This document shows, in pieces, positions 19,272-29,283 of a stretch of 64,000 bases of DNA (within the stretch, counting starts at the first letter, position 1; every line of letters begins with the position of its first letter). A program made the translations under genes and the position numbers. The notes below the pieces were generated by a model that was not told the DNA's origin, made no database searches, and was given only the letters and a program-made list of their open reading frames with translations. Origin of the DNA: a virus; the IMG/VR virus record IMGVR_UViG_3300033144_005375, positions 18,296-82,295 of that record; one strand, given 5' to 3'.

Positions 19272-20954
19272 TTACGTCAAGAATTCAGCCAACCGTGTTT
19301 TCACGTTCCCAGGAACGGTCTTGACCTCGGATTCCCAGATCACCAGGCACTCGAGCCCAACCTCAGCGTACGCCTCGATGAGTTCTTGCTCGTGCTCCTC
19401 GGGCCACATATCGGTGAACTTTTCACTATGCCAGTAGTCCCCGTTGACTTCCACTACCTTGCGGAGATCGCGAAAAGGGTGATCAGGGACCGGTCCGCGC
19501 AGCACAAAATCAGGGTTCTTGTGTCGCCCTAGCCGCGGGAGCCATCGCCAAAACCTCCGATCTCCCGTGTACATGAGCCGAGGTTCGAGCTCTTGGACTA
19601 AGCGTTCCGGAACGTTTGGGCCTCGTTGATTGGCCTGGGCATGCAACATCAGTCGAGCGTATTCCCGATCCTGCATCGGGTGCGTCATCCCGTAACGCTC
19701 AACCAGGTCCTCAACCGTCTCGGCGTCCTCGTCGTACGTGGGGAATTCGTGGCCTACTTTGGAAAAGCACTCCCGCAGGATCTTCTCCTTCACCCGCGGC
19801 CATGCAAACGGGTTGTCGTCTCCCCGAAGAACCGGACGCTTGCCTACCAACGCTTCTTGAATCTGGACATAGAGCCGAGATCCCCGCGAGAAGATCTCGG
19901 GATCTCCATATCGTTCAGTGTTTGTCCGACCAGTCTTCCCTCGTGTTTCTTTGTCTTGCTGGGGGTTCTCAACTCCCCACCGGTCCAACATCGTACGCAT
20001 TCGACGAAACCGCGCCACGGCACCAAAATCACGCACCATCCACGCGATACATATCTGCCGGTGACGCTTCATCTGCGTGAGACTTGTACTCTCGTGGCCG
20101 CACAGGCACAGCTCAGGGACCTCTGTGTTAGGCCACCCCTCACAAATCGCCTTGTGGCGACTCGTGACCTTCGTGAAAGCCTCGTCGCAGTGAGGGCAAA
20201 TCTCGTAACTCCCAGAAGCAATCAGGGCTTCTCGATGACGCCGCTCACGCTCGCCACGTTTCCGCGACAACTCCAGAAACCATGCAGGAGCCCGTAAGAA
20301 AGACCGCGCCCCGTGGCGCTCCAAGGTGGTCTGCTCGGTACGTGCCCGAATCTCAGGTACCTGCTGGGGATTCTCGGCGCCGTGCCGCTCCTTCATGGTG
20401 CGCCGGATCTTGGTTTTGATCGGTTCAGAGGCGAAGACGTTCTCGGCCCCGTACCGCTCGAGGTTCGTCTTGGCTCGGCGCCGCTTCACCGCCTTCGCCT
20501 GAAGATGGTGATCGACGCCGTACTTCTTCTGCGCGGCCTGACGGGTCTTCTCTTTAACCTCGTCACTTTGACCGACGTTATCGACGCCGTACTTCTTCTG
20601 CGTCGTCTTCTTACGCTTGGCGCCTGACGACCGAGCAACGACAGGAGCCCTGGGGAACTGAGCTTCGTACTCTTTCCGTTTCATGCCCTCGTGGGCCCGT
20701 TTGAGATGATCACTCAGACGTTTCACACGAATTTGTGTGCCCTCAGCCGCACAGAGAAGGCACCCGACGTAGTCCTCGTTCTCGACCTTCTCAGAAGCCC
20801 ACAGGCCGCGCTGAAAGTGCCTGTCGAAGTTGAACTCCGACGGAGACACCCCAATCACCTCGTCCCATTTGGAGCAGCCGTTCGTGTGCTTCGGGATAGC
20901 CTTGGAAGACGAAAGGACTTTCTGACAAGCGGGGCAGCACACTACCGAAAGCAA
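19272..20954 (-). CDS. Homing-endonuclease-like protein (zinc fingers, YGVxN repeats, Vsr/DUF559-like nuclease)
   Basis: C2H2/C2HC motifs, several (K/R)YG(V/A)xNPxQ repeats, and C-terminal PDF...EVNGDYWH...LVIWESE. Confidence 0.75.
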   Translation of the reverse strand: MLSVVCCPACQKVLSSSKAIPKHTNGCSKWDEVIGVSPSEFNFDRHFQRGLWASEKVENEDYVGCLLCAAEGTQIRVKRLSDHLKRAHEGMKRKEYEAQFPRAPVVARSSGAKRKKTTQKKYGVDNVGQSDEVKEKTRQAAQKKYGVDHHLQAKAVKRRRAKTNLERYGAENVFASEPIKTKIRRTMKERHGAENPQQVPEIRARTEQTTLERHGARSFLRAPAWFLELSRKRGERERRHREALIASGSYEICPHCDEAFTKVTSRHKAICEGWPNTEVPELCLCGHESTSLTQMKRHRQICIAWMVRDFGAVARFRRMRTMLDRWGVENPQQDKETRGKTGRTNTERYGDPEIFSRGSRLYVQIQEALVGKRPVLRGDDNPFAWPRVKEKILRECFSKVGHEFPTYDEDAETVEDLVERYGMTHPMQDREYARLMLHAQANQRGPNVPERLVQELEPRLMYTGDRRFWRWLPRLGRHKNPDFVLRGPVPDHPFRDLRKVVEVNGDYWHSEKFTDMWPEEHEQELIEAYAEVGLECLVIWESEVKTVPGNVKTRLAEFLT

Positions 20955-20992
20955 ATCTAGCTTGCTTCTAAGTTGTTGAAATCATTGAGTTT

Positions 20993-21901
20993 TTACACAA
21001 ACGAGCGGGGCGATAAAATTCCCCGGCCGACCTGGGGACCGAAGGCAGATCGCACACCGAAGCCAAACTTCGGCTGCTGCAACCCACGAATGAATTTCAC
21101 GGTACGCGCCTTGGCCTCTGTGGCCTTGTCGAGCTGCCCCTCAGCGTTCTGCTTCAAACTCTCGTACTTGCTAGACTTCTCGATGCTGAGGCTGATCCCG
21201 CCAATGCTGTAGTCAAACTCGTCGTGCACCCAATTGATGCTGAGCGCGAACAGGGCATGGACGGCAGCACCCCACAGGATGAACGTGCGCCACACCGGCT
21301 TGCGGGCGCACAGATCGTTCAGGGTGCGGATACCCTCCGTCTCCGGCGGCATCGCGTTGAACCAGTCCAGGGCCATCTCGAGGTAGCACAGAAGCTCGTG
21401 GTCCTCCCAGACGTACCCGAAAACCCGGTTGTACTTCTTGATGACCCCCTCCTGCGTAGGAGGGCGGAAATGGTAGTTCCGGTCGGGGTTATTGTCCCGA
21501 AGCATGATCCGGAGTTTTTCGATCAAATCCTTCTCGCACTTCGACAAAAGTCGCTGCCCCAAGGTGCTGGTCGCAGGGTCGATGACCCCAAACTCCTGCA
21601 CGACCTCTTGGACCTCATCCATCAAGGACTTGCGGAACGACCAACGGATTCGGTAGTCGCCCGCAGTGACCCCAGGAGGCACCATGATGGCCGCGTAGTA
21701 CTCGCCCACCGCAGGGTTCTGAGGAGCCCTCTCGGCCGGTCCTACGAGCACCTCGATGCCTGGTGGGCCCTGGCTCTGATCCACGTAGTACAGCGCGTAG
21801 TTGATTTCGGCCGCGTTGCAAGGGACGCCGAGTTCGTCCACCAGGAAGATCTTGAGATCGTTCCTACCGAGTTCTTGCCCAACAGTGAAGCATACGGCCA
21901 C
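20993..21901 (-). CDS. Putative head-tail adaptor or neck protein
   Basis: Ig-like N-terminus (GDYRIRW) and LRIMLRD...EMALDWFN...YSIGGISLS, an adaptor-like layout. Confidence 0.55.
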   Translation of the reverse strand: MAVCFTVGQELGRNDLKIFLVDELGVPCNAAEINYALYYVDQSQGPPGIEVLVGPAERAPQNPAVGEYYAAIMVPPGVTAGDYRIRWSFRKSLMDEVQEVVQEFGVIDPATSTLGQRLLSKCEKDLIEKLRIMLRDNNPDRNYHFRPPTQEGVIKKYNRVFGYVWEDHELLCYLEMALDWFNAMPPETEGIRTLNDLCARKPVWRTFILWGAAVHALFALSINWVHDEFDYSIGGISLSIEKSSKYESLKQNAEGQLDKATEAKARTVKFIRGLQQPKFGFGVRSAFGPQVGRGILSPRSFV

Positions 21902-21904
21902 GGC

Positions 21905-22420
21905 CTACAACCTTATGTCGCCGAGCTCGAAAGTGTCGGCCACCGAGATCGGCAATTCTTCGCCACTCGAGGTGTCTTTCACTTCAATTTCGACCCCTTT
22001 CCCGGTTTCGGTTTTCACGTTGACTTCGGATTCGACCTCGATCTTGACCTTCATCTCGTGAGGTGCGGCCGGAGGGCCGTCGTCGAGGAGGTTCTTGCTC
22101 TTGGTCACCCACTCGTCCATGACGTGCAGGAGGTCGTCCAGGAACTGCTCGTCCGATTGGTCGATCGATTTGTACTGAATGAGCCGCGTGTAGATCTCGG
22201 TCTTCCCTTTGAAGGCCGCCTCGATCCCTTCTTTGGTGGTCTTCCCGAGGTCGTCGATCACACCCACGCTTGTCACAGCCGCATCAAGCTGGGGGAGAAC
22301 TTCTTGCTCGATCGCCTTGCGCGCCAAAGGTGACACGGCCAGAAGCGCCGTCTTCTCCCGTTCGGAGGCGACGTGCTGCTGGACCGAATCGTCCCCTTGG
22401 ATGAACTGCTCAAGGCGCAT
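21905..22420 (-). CDS. Hypothetical protein
   Basis: 171-aa ORF in the operon. Confidence 0.65.
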   Translation of the reverse strand: MRLEQFIQGDDSVQQHVASEREKTALLAVSPLARKAIEQEVLPQLDAAVTSVGVIDDLGKTTKEGIEAAFKGKTEIYTRLIQYKSIDQSDEQFLDDLLHVMDEWVTKSKNLLDDGPPAAPHEMKVKIEVESEVNVKTETGKGVEIEVKDTSSGEELPISVADTFELGDIRL

Positions 22421-22426
22421 TGAAAA

Positions 22427-22675
22427 TCACTTGTCCTCGTGAGTCAGGGCCTTCATGACCTTGATCTCGTCAGCGTACGTGAGAGCCGAGACCTTGCTGG
22501 TGCGGTTGTAATACTGATCCCGAAGGTCACGCATGGACGCGCTGTCCGCTTCCCCAAAAAGGAAGTAGACACGTCCCCCATCTCGTTGCGTGCCAGTCAG
22601 TTTCACTCCTGCGACCTTGAGGTATGCGCCGTAATACAGGTCCGAAGTCCTGTAGCCGGTCTTTTCGTCTGTCAT
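22427..22675 (-). CDS. DUF5659-like small protein
   Basis: YRTSDLYYGAYLKVAG...RVYFLF pattern; GGAG RBS. Confidence 0.6.
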   Translation of the reverse strand: MTDEKTGYRTSDLYYGAYLKVAGVKLTGTQRDGGRVYFLFGEADSASMRDLRDQYYNRTSKVSALTYADEIKVMKALTHEDK

Positions 22676-22747
22676 TTTCCATCTCCGTTCGTATGTTTGG
22701 TTATTTGACCGTCCCAGAAAGGGAGGAAGACGTAGGCCGATGACGAC

Positions 22748-23440
22748 CTACGGGAAGACCGTGCCGGTTTCGTCGTAGACCCCGACAGCCGACCCCGTGG
22801 TGGGGACGCCGAGCACGTTGTCGTACGTGAAATTCGCGGACTTGAGCAGCGAGATATTGCCGTTCAAGTTCGAGACCTTGAACCGACCAATGTCGTAGAG
22901 CGGCGTGTAGGTGCCTTGCACGAAAGCGCCAGCGCCTCCGTCAAAATCACCAGCGCCGTCAGAGATCGCCGCACCCGCCGGAATCACGTACTGATTGCCC
23001 GCCAAGACGCTCAAAAGCTCGCTCAGAACACCCGTCGAGCCTCCACCGGTCAAAGAGGTGCCGCCCACAACAGCCGCCAGGACGACATTCACAGCCGCGA
23101 GATCCAGAATGGTGCCCGCCTGTGCGATCACCACGAGCGCCGCCGCAGCAGTGTCAGCTTCGGTACCGCTGAACACGGCAGAAGTCGCAACACCAGTCGT
23201 GTCGATGTTGCCAATCAGATAGGCCGCGACACCTGTCAGATCGACGGCCGCAACGAGCGGAGGACCGGCCGTAACACCAGCCGCGATCAAAGGCTGCGGG
23301 ATGTTGTGGATGTACCCCGTCTGGCCAGGACCAGGCGTGTAGATCTGGTTCCGGCTCGAGGTGTTCGGCCAAAGGTCGACCACCTGGAGAGTCCCAGAGG
23401 GAATGTCAGTCCGACGCATGATGAGAAACATTTGGGCCAT
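22748..23440 (-). CDS. Putative virion protein, paralogue 4 of 4
   Basis: IMRRTDIPxGxLQVxDLxPNxSxRN N-terminus and VYDxxGT C-terminus. Confidence 0.75.
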   Translation of the reverse strand: MAQMFLIMRRTDIPSGTLQVVDLWPNTSSRNQIYTPGPGQTGYIHNIPQPLIAAGVTAGPPLVAAVDLTGVAAYLIGNIDTTGVATSAVFSGTEADTAAAALVVIAQAGTILDLAAVNVVLAAVVGGTSLTGGGSTGVLSELLSVLAGNQYVIPAGAAISDGAGDFDGGAGAFVQGTYTPLYDIGRFKVSNLNGNISLLKSANFTYDNVLGVPTTGSAVGVYDETGTVFP

Positions 23441-23460
23441 TGTCTTGTCTCCTTGGGTTT

Positions 23461-24510
23461 TTACGGGGTGAAAAAGGTTCCGTCGTCGTTGTAAACGACT
23501 ACAGCTTCGCCATTGGGGTTTCCGGCTACACCCCCGTAGACGAAACCATTGTCAGTGAACCCGAGAAGTTCACCTTGTGCGAAAGAAAGAGGGAGCCCGT
23601 CATTGAGGAACAGAGCTCGTAGGGTGCCAACGATGAAACCAGGACCCCCTGCCGTGCCGACCGGAGGTTGCACATCGAAAGTCGTGCCATCCGAATCGAT
23701 CTGGGTGTTGTTGGGGACGAAGTACTGACGCCCCGCAAGGATGTCGAGAACGTCATCGAGCTGCACTGCCGTGATGGCACCCGTAGTCAACGCACCATTG
23801 ATCGCACCCAAAGTGAGAACACCAGCCGCTGAAGTCAGGTCACCAAAAGCGAGAAGCCCCAACACGTCCGACGCATTGGCGTTGGCCTCCACTGCCGTGA
23901 GGGAGTCCGCATCCGCACCACCAGCCATCGGCGTGGAAGTCAGGCTCGCGCTTGTCTGTGCAATCGCAATACTGTTGCCGGCGGTCCCCACAACGTTCGC
24001 CGTGATAGTCACAACGCCCGCAACAGGAACTGCCGTAACGAGCCCCGTCACGGTGCCTGGAGGCGTGCCGTTCAGAGGATCGTTGATGGCTGCAGCGATC
24101 TCCGTCGCAATAGCTGCGACGGAGCCACCGGAAGTGTCCCAGTCATTCGACCCCGGCGTACGTGGAACCGCAGCTCCAGTGTAAAGCTGACCATCCACCG
24201 TGAACGTGTCACCGGGCATCGCAGGGAACGCAATGGCGGTGATGTCACCAACCGCCGCCGCACCGCCCCCATCGTTGACGTTCGTGGCGAACCACCCCGC
24301 CAACCCACGCGCCTCCCGACGCATGATAATGGGTGTGCCGCCGCCTCCCGGCTGCATCACGACGACCGGGTCGTTCTGAACTGGGTCCACGTACTTCGTC
24401 TGGCCTACTGGCTCGAGCGTCAGGTTCCGCAACGAAGTGTTCGGGTCCATATCCAGAATCTGGAGAACCCCAGCCGGAACATCGCTCCGTTTCATGATGA
24501 TGTACGGCAT
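23461..24510 (-). CDS. Putative virion protein, paralogue 3 of 4 (with inserted domain)
   Basis: Same termini as the other paralogues, plus a ~120-aa insert (VTITA...GTAGNSI). Confidence 0.75.
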   Translation of the reverse strand: MPYIIMKRSDVPAGVLQILDMDPNTSLRNLTLEPVGQTKYVDPVQNDPVVVMQPGGGGTPIIMRREARGLAGWFATNVNDGGGAAAVGDITAIAFPAMPGDTFTVDGQLYTGAAVPRTPGSNDWDTSGGSVAAIATEIAAAINDPLNGTPPGTVTGLVTAVPVAGVVTITANVVGTAGNSIAIAQTSASLTSTPMAGGADADSLTAVEANANASDVLGLLAFGDLTSAAGVLTLGAINGALTTGAITAVQLDDVLDILAGRQYFVPNNTQIDSDGTTFDVQPPVGTAGGPGFIVGTLRALFLNDGLPLSFAQGELLGFTDNGFVYGGVAGNPNGEAVVVYNDDGTFFTP

Positions 24511-24957
24511 TGTCAGGGCTCCTTACGGCGTGAAGATGGTTCCGTCGTCGTTGTAAACAGCCACCGCTTCCCCGTTGGGGGTCCCTGCGACGCCTCCGTA
24601 AACGAACCCGCTGTCGAGGAAACCCTCGAGCTCCCCAACGGCGACCGACAGAGTCAGGCCATCGTTCAGGAACAGCACTCGGTTGGTCGCATCGATGAAC
24701 CGAGGCCCCTCGGGCGTACCCACTGCGGGAGCGATCTCGTAGACACCAGCATCTTCGACCAGCGTATCCGCAGGAACGAAATACCGACGCCCAGCCAGGA
24801 TGTCGAGGATATCCGTGAGTTGCCCGGCGACGATGGCACCAGCCGTCAGTGCACCATTGATCGCACCCAAAGTGAGAACACCAGCCGCTGAAGTCAGGTC
24901 ACCAAAAGCGAGAAGCCCCAACACGTCCGACGCATTGGCGTTGGCCTCCACTGCCGT
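23792..24957. repeat. 107-bp exact direct repeat (23792-23898 and 24851-24957)
   Basis: Base-by-base comparison from GCACCATTGATCGC to CCACTGCCGT; the flanks diverge. Confidence 0.9.
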
Positions 24958-25569
24958 CATGCCGCCTGCGTTGACACCACCCGAGAGAGCGGCACCAGAC
25001 ACCGTGAGGTTGGCACCCGTCTCGGCCAGCGTGATGCCGTTGCCTGCCGCACCGTCTTGAACTGCGGTGAGATCACAGGCTCCAGAACCACCGAACACCG
25101 CCGTCACGTAAAGAGACAGACCGACAGGGATGTTATTGATAACACCGGTGAGGTTGGCAGCAGTTGCGTCCTCGGTACTTCCGATCTGCACCTCGAAAAT
25201 CGAAGCTGGTGCATCCCGAAACGTGAGAGTCACATTCGGGCCACCCACAGTAGAAGTTCCGACGGTGGCAGTGTCGCCGTCGATCGCATTGCCAGCCCCT
25301 ACCGTGATGTCACCACTGGCCGCAGTGCCGGCTACGTCAGGGACATTGGTGAAAAACCAGGCAGCAAGTCCTTGAACATCACGGAACACGGTGCGCTCCA
25401 TCCCTGTCGGGATATACGCGACGACCGTTTCGTTGACGACAGGATTGACGTACTTGGTCTGGCCTGGAACGTCCAAGGTCAGGTTCCGGAGGGACGTATT
25501 GGGGTCCAGGTCGAGGACTTGGAGAGTGGCTCCCGGGATGTCACTCCGCTTCATGATGATGTACGGCAT
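24523..25569 (-). CDS. Putative virion protein, paralogue 2 of 4 (with inserted domain)
   Basis: MPYIIMKRSDIP...; insert ending GAAGNGITL...LSGG. Confidence 0.75.
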   Translation of the reverse strand: MPYIIMKRSDIPGATLQVLDLDPNTSLRNLTLDVPGQTKYVNPVVNETVVAYIPTGMERTVFRDVQGLAAWFFTNVPDVAGTAASGDITVGAGNAIDGDTATVGTSTVGGPNVTLTFRDAPASIFEVQIGSTEDATAANLTGVINNIPVGLSLYVTAVFGGSGACDLTAVQDGAAGNGITLAETGANLTVSGAALSGGVNAGGMTAVEANANASDVLGLLAFGDLTSAAGVLTLGAINGALTAGAIVAGQLTDILDILAGRRYFVPADTLVEDAGVYEIAPAVGTPEGPRFIDATNRVLFLNDGLTLSVAVGELEGFLDSGFVYGGVAGTPNGEAVAVYNDDGTIFTP

Positions 25570-25578
25570 CGTGTCTCC

Positions 25579-26244
25579 TTAGAGGACCGCACCATTGTCT
25601 GCGAGGATGGTGAGGGCCGGCCCGATCACTCCGTTATATTCGAAGTCCGCGCGTTTGTAGTTGAACAGGTCCCCCGCGCCGTTGGACACGTTGAAAGCAC
25701 CTGTCGCCAGGATGTTCTTGACGCCGGGCAGCGTCGCGAAGAAACCGTTCCGAACGGGGTTGAACACGTTGCCACCATCTTCAACCGTGCTGCCAGCCGG
25801 AAGTTGATACTTCGCTCCGGAAAGGATCGACAGCACTTCCGTCAAAACACCCGTCGAAGGACCGGCCGTGAAATCGGTACCGGCGGTGGCGCCTGCAGCA
25901 ATGAGTGCAGCATTCACGTCCGCCACCGTGATCGAAAGGCCGCCTTCCGCGCGACCGATGACCGCAACCGCCGCATCGTTGGCGTCCGTAGCAGTGATCG
26001 CCGTGCCCGACGAATCCTCGGTGTTATCGATAAAATAGGCCCCGAGACCGCACGAGTCGCGCAGAGTCAGGATCGGGCCTGCGCCCGTCGTGAGCACTGC
26101 GACCTCGGTCGGAATGTCGCGGACATACCCGCTCTGACCTGGAGGATCGAGCGTGTAGTTCCGCTGGGAGTCGTTTGGCTTAAGGTCATCGACCTGAAGC
26201 ACCCCATTCGGGATGTCGGTCCGGCGCATGATGATGTATGGCAT
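25579..26244 (-). CDS. Putative virion protein, paralogue 1 of 4
   Basis: MPYIIMRRTDIPNGVLQVDDLKPN; GGAGG RBS. Confidence 0.75.
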   Translation of the reverse strand: MPYIIMRRTDIPNGVLQVDDLKPNDSQRNYTLDPPGQSGYVRDIPTEVAVLTTGAGPILTLRDSCGLGAYFIDNTEDSSGTAITATDANDAAVAVIGRAEGGLSITVADVNAALIAAGATAGTDFTAGPSTGVLTEVLSILSGAKYQLPAGSTVEDGGNVFNPVRNGFFATLPGVKNILATGAFNVSNGAGDLFNYKRADFEYNGVIGPALTILADNGAVL

Positions 26245-26295
26245 CGTGAAAATTCCTCCGGTACCCGGGTTGGGGGTCTCTCTATTGGAGAGGGC

Positions 26296-26310
26296 TATAG
26301 ACAGATAACC
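26296..26310 (-). promoter_or_regulatory. Putative late promoter motif
   Basis: GGTTATCTGTCTATA upstream of the 26244 start. Confidence 0.45.
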
Positions 26311-26322
26311 GATAGAGCGCTG

Positions 26323-27108
26323 CTAGCGCAGACCGGTCACGGTTGAGATCAGAAGCGAGAAATTGGGATTTCCGCCCGTAGAGCACAGGACGAGGTCGTC
26401 CTTCATGCCCGAAGCATGGGAAATACTGGTTGCCGGGTCGATCTGGATCAGAGGCTGATCTTCGGCAACGGCGAAATACAGCGGGAGGGCCGCATCGTGA
26501 TTCGTGATGACGATGGCATCGGCAAAAGCTGGGACACCGAACACCATGGCCCCTTGAGGAGCCGGGAGACCAGGTACAGCGGTGCCCAAGCTCGGAGCTG
26601 TCCCATACAGCGAAAGCGCTGGGCGTGGCACGCTCTGGAAATCGGGATCCCGCATGATGAGGATCTTCGACTGGTTCGTCCCGCTCGCCGTTCCTGGGAA
26701 AACGCCACCAGGGTAGCCAGCAGGAACGCTGCCTGCCGCTGCCGCCGAAGCCACCGTGGAAACCTGAGTCCGAACGAACCAGAGGTTGTTGTCGGGTGGG
26801 ACTTCCGGACTCAAACCGAAGAATTCATTCGGGTCGAACGTCGCTCGAGTCTGACCACGCGTGATGTCACCGGAGATTGCCGTTCCCTTTTGCCGGATCT
26901 CCTTGCTGATGAAGGTGCGGTCCCGAAGCACCTCGAACAGTGCAGTCGTACCCACACCACCAACACCGTTGAAAGCTCCGTAGGCGTTGTCCAACGTGTT
27001 GGCTACGCGAATTCGGTAGCCAAGGATGTCTTCATTGTTGATGAACTGGATCAGAGCGAACTGCTTCGCACGATCCAGAATGTTGGGAATAGGGATGCCG
27101 CTGCTCAT
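26323..27108 (-). CDS. Hypothetical, probably structural, protein
   Basis: 261-aa ORF with ATGA coupling. Confidence 0.7.
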   Translation of the reverse strand: MSSGIPIPNILDRAKQFALIQFINNEDILGYRIRVANTLDNAYGAFNGVGGVGTTALFEVLRDRTFISKEIRQKGTAISGDITRGQTRATFDPNEFFGLSPEVPPDNNLWFVRTQVSTVASAAAAGSVPAGYPGGVFPGTASGTNQSKILIMRDPDFQSVPRPALSLYGTAPSLGTAVPGLPAPQGAMVFGVPAFADAIVITNHDAALPLYFAVAEDQPLIQIDPATSISHASGMKDDLVLCSTGGNPNFSLLISTVTGLR

Positions 27109-27497
27109 GCCGAACTAGCCTTGTCTTTCCGAGCCAGCCGCTCGTAGCCGCTCGAGTCTTTGCCTTTGGACTTCGCGAGCTTGGCAGCATCGCTCCAAGA
27201 ATCGGTACGCTCACCACCCACGTTGGGAGCCAGCTTCGGGATCGCCCCGTCCATCTTCAGCTCATGTTGCTTGGCACCGGCACGTTTGCGGTTCGCAGCC
27301 ATCTGACCCGCGACCCGACCATTCTTGGTGCCCCACGAATCCCCTTTGAAAATGGTGCCAGGGAAACGATGGCCCAAAATCCGCTTCGACATCGTCTCGC
27401 ACTCGGGACAAGGCTGAGGATCTTGGTAAAACTTCAAAGGAACGAGTTCGTCGAACTCGATCTCACAGGCTTCGCATTCGTAGGTGTAAGTCGGCAT
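27105..27497 (-). CDS. FmdB-family zinc-ribbon protein
   Basis: MPTYTYECEAC...CPECE...FKGDSW. Confidence 0.8.
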   Translation of the reverse strand: MPTYTYECEACEIEFDELVPLKFYQDPQPCPECETMSKRILGHRFPGTIFKGDSWGTKNGRVAGQMAANRKRAGAKQHELKMDGAIPKLAPNVGGERTDSWSDAAKLAKSKGKDSSGYERLARKDKASSA

Positions 27498-27498
27498 C

Positions 27499-29280
27499 TC
27501 AGGATTCCTTTCCTTCAAAATACCGACGAAGCACACGACGACTGATCTGTCGTTCCAAATGCCGTTGCGCCACGCGCGCTGCGATTCGTGCTTCCACAGG
27601 TTCGATCTCAATTTGGTAAGAGCTATCGACGAAAAACCGCGAACCCAGCTTCCGGAGCGGGCTCTTCTTGGGTCGCACGAAAAAGTCCTGGGATTTATCC
27701 AGCACCGCGTAGGCGTGCTTGCAGACCGGTCTCCAACGCGCAGGGTCTCGAATCTTGGGGTAGGCGGCCGTCCCCTGGAGTTTCCCCTTCTGGTAGTCGC
27801 TTTTGGTTCCCCAGTGCTCAGGGCCCCACCAACGCCAGAAGGGGCAACTACATGAAATTCGCAGATTGAGTTTCGGGAAATTAGTCGCGTTGCCCCGTTT
27901 GAACGCCTGGACCTTCACCGTGTGGTCCCCAGACTTCCATGTCCAGATCCAGTTCTTGGTGTCGATACGGCTCAGCTTGGGGATCCGCTTCTTCGCCCGC
28001 TGTTTGATCTTCTTGTCGCACCGCTTGAGGATGTCGCCGACCGTGAAAGCCTTCCGTTCGAGCCCGAACTTGCCACGCTCACCAACACCGAAGTGCGGGT
28101 GCGTGAGCTGGTGGATGAACTGCGCCGTGGCCTGCTTCACCTGGAAGTTGTTGTTGCGCTCGTAGCGATCCTGGCGACCGTCAGGAATGGCCTGGGTGTT
28201 GTTGACCATGTCCGTGTACCAGGACATCGGCAGGACCTTCCCTGAACCATCCGTCGGGTTCGAGGTCGAAACATCCGGGTAATCAAGACCTCCGGACGCT
28301 GGCGGCTCGAGCTGCCACTGGAGACCCTTCTGCTCTTTCCCTGGTAGATCAGGAGCCCGCAACGACTCGCCCTGCTGCACGGCCTTGTCCTTGCGCGGGG
28401 TGCCGATGTCACGGCTCTGGCCTTTCCCGAAGTTCTGGTCGAGTTGTCCAGGGGGCACCGTCTTCTTGGTGTGCGTGTTCCAGTTGGAGGGCCAGTTGGC
28501 CGCGTCCAGCTCGATCCCCAGCATCTCCATCACTTCGCCCAGGAGCTCCATCCCGGCCTGCCTCTGTCCCTCCTCGATACGCCACTCCTTGGTCTTCTGG
28601 GCCGGCGTACGCGGATCGATGCCTCGACGCGTGTACCGCGTCGGGTACTCACGCCGGTACTTCCGCTCGAGCTTCTCCTTCGGGAGCCGTTTCCCCCGAG
28701 TTTGGTACTCTACCCTCTCCTCGCGCTTCTTCTTGGGGTTGCGCGCGTACCAACGCTTGGAACGCAAACGTCCTACGTTGCCCTGGTTCTTCTGACGCTC
28801 ATCCGGGAAAATCCCCCCGGTCGTAAGCTGATCGTCGATCGGGTCCTCTTCGTAGATGTCGTCTACGGGTCCAAGCTCGAAGGAATCCTCGCCGGGATCC
28901 TCCGACATACCGAGCGTCTCGTTCCGACGCGTTGGCATGTTGTAGTCGAACTTGGTCGGGTGCCCGTACTCCTCACCAGGAACGGACAGGGTTCGGTCCG
29001 GAACCTTGCGAGGCTTGTTGTAAGTGGTCGGACCGATCCGCTTCTCTCGCTTCTTGTCGTGGTTGGACGGAAGCGGGAGGGCGCGTTGTTTCTCGTGAGA
29101 CTGTGGGAGTTCGACGGGCCACGTCGAATCCAAATTCGACTGGCCTTGATCGATCGAACCGTTGTCGAACTGAGCAGGGAAAATCCCATCATGGGAGTCC
29201 TGATCGACAACGGTTTGGTAGCCAGGAGTATCCTGCCACCGAGGGCGATACGCCTTCTTCTTGATGCCAAAGTCGGGCAC
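27499..29280 (-). CDS. Largely disordered protein with a C-terminal SWIM-like zinc finger
   Basis: ISCSCPFW...VCKHAYAV; RVAxRHL motifs at the C-terminus. Confidence 0.7.
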   Translation of the reverse strand: MPDFGIKKKAYRPRWQDTPGYQTVVDQDSHDGIFPAQFDNGSIDQGQSNLDSTWPVELPQSHEKQRALPLPSNHDKKREKRIGPTTYNKPRKVPDRTLSVPGEEYGHPTKFDYNMPTRRNETLGMSEDPGEDSFELGPVDDIYEEDPIDDQLTTGGIFPDERQKNQGNVGRLRSKRWYARNPKKKREERVEYQTRGKRLPKEKLERKYRREYPTRYTRRGIDPRTPAQKTKEWRIEEGQRQAGMELLGEVMEMLGIELDAANWPSNWNTHTKKTVPPGQLDQNFGKGQSRDIGTPRKDKAVQQGESLRAPDLPGKEQKGLQWQLEPPASGGLDYPDVSTSNPTDGSGKVLPMSWYTDMVNNTQAIPDGRQDRYERNNNFQVKQATAQFIHQLTHPHFGVGERGKFGLERKAFTVGDILKRCDKKIKQRAKKRIPKLSRIDTKNWIWTWKSGDHTVKVQAFKRGNATNFPKLNLRISCSCPFWRWWGPEHWGTKSDYQKGKLQGTAAYPKIRDPARWRPVCKHAYAVLDKSQDFFVRPKKSPLRKLGSRFFVDSSYQIEIEPVEARIAARVAQRHLERQISRRVLRRYFEGKES

Positions 29281-29283
29281 GGG

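Noticed and set aside
23792-24957. The 107-bp repeat pair as a DGR template and variable repeat
   Set aside because: The copies are identical with no adenine-specific mismatches, both are in-frame coding, and there is no reverse transcriptase in the window.
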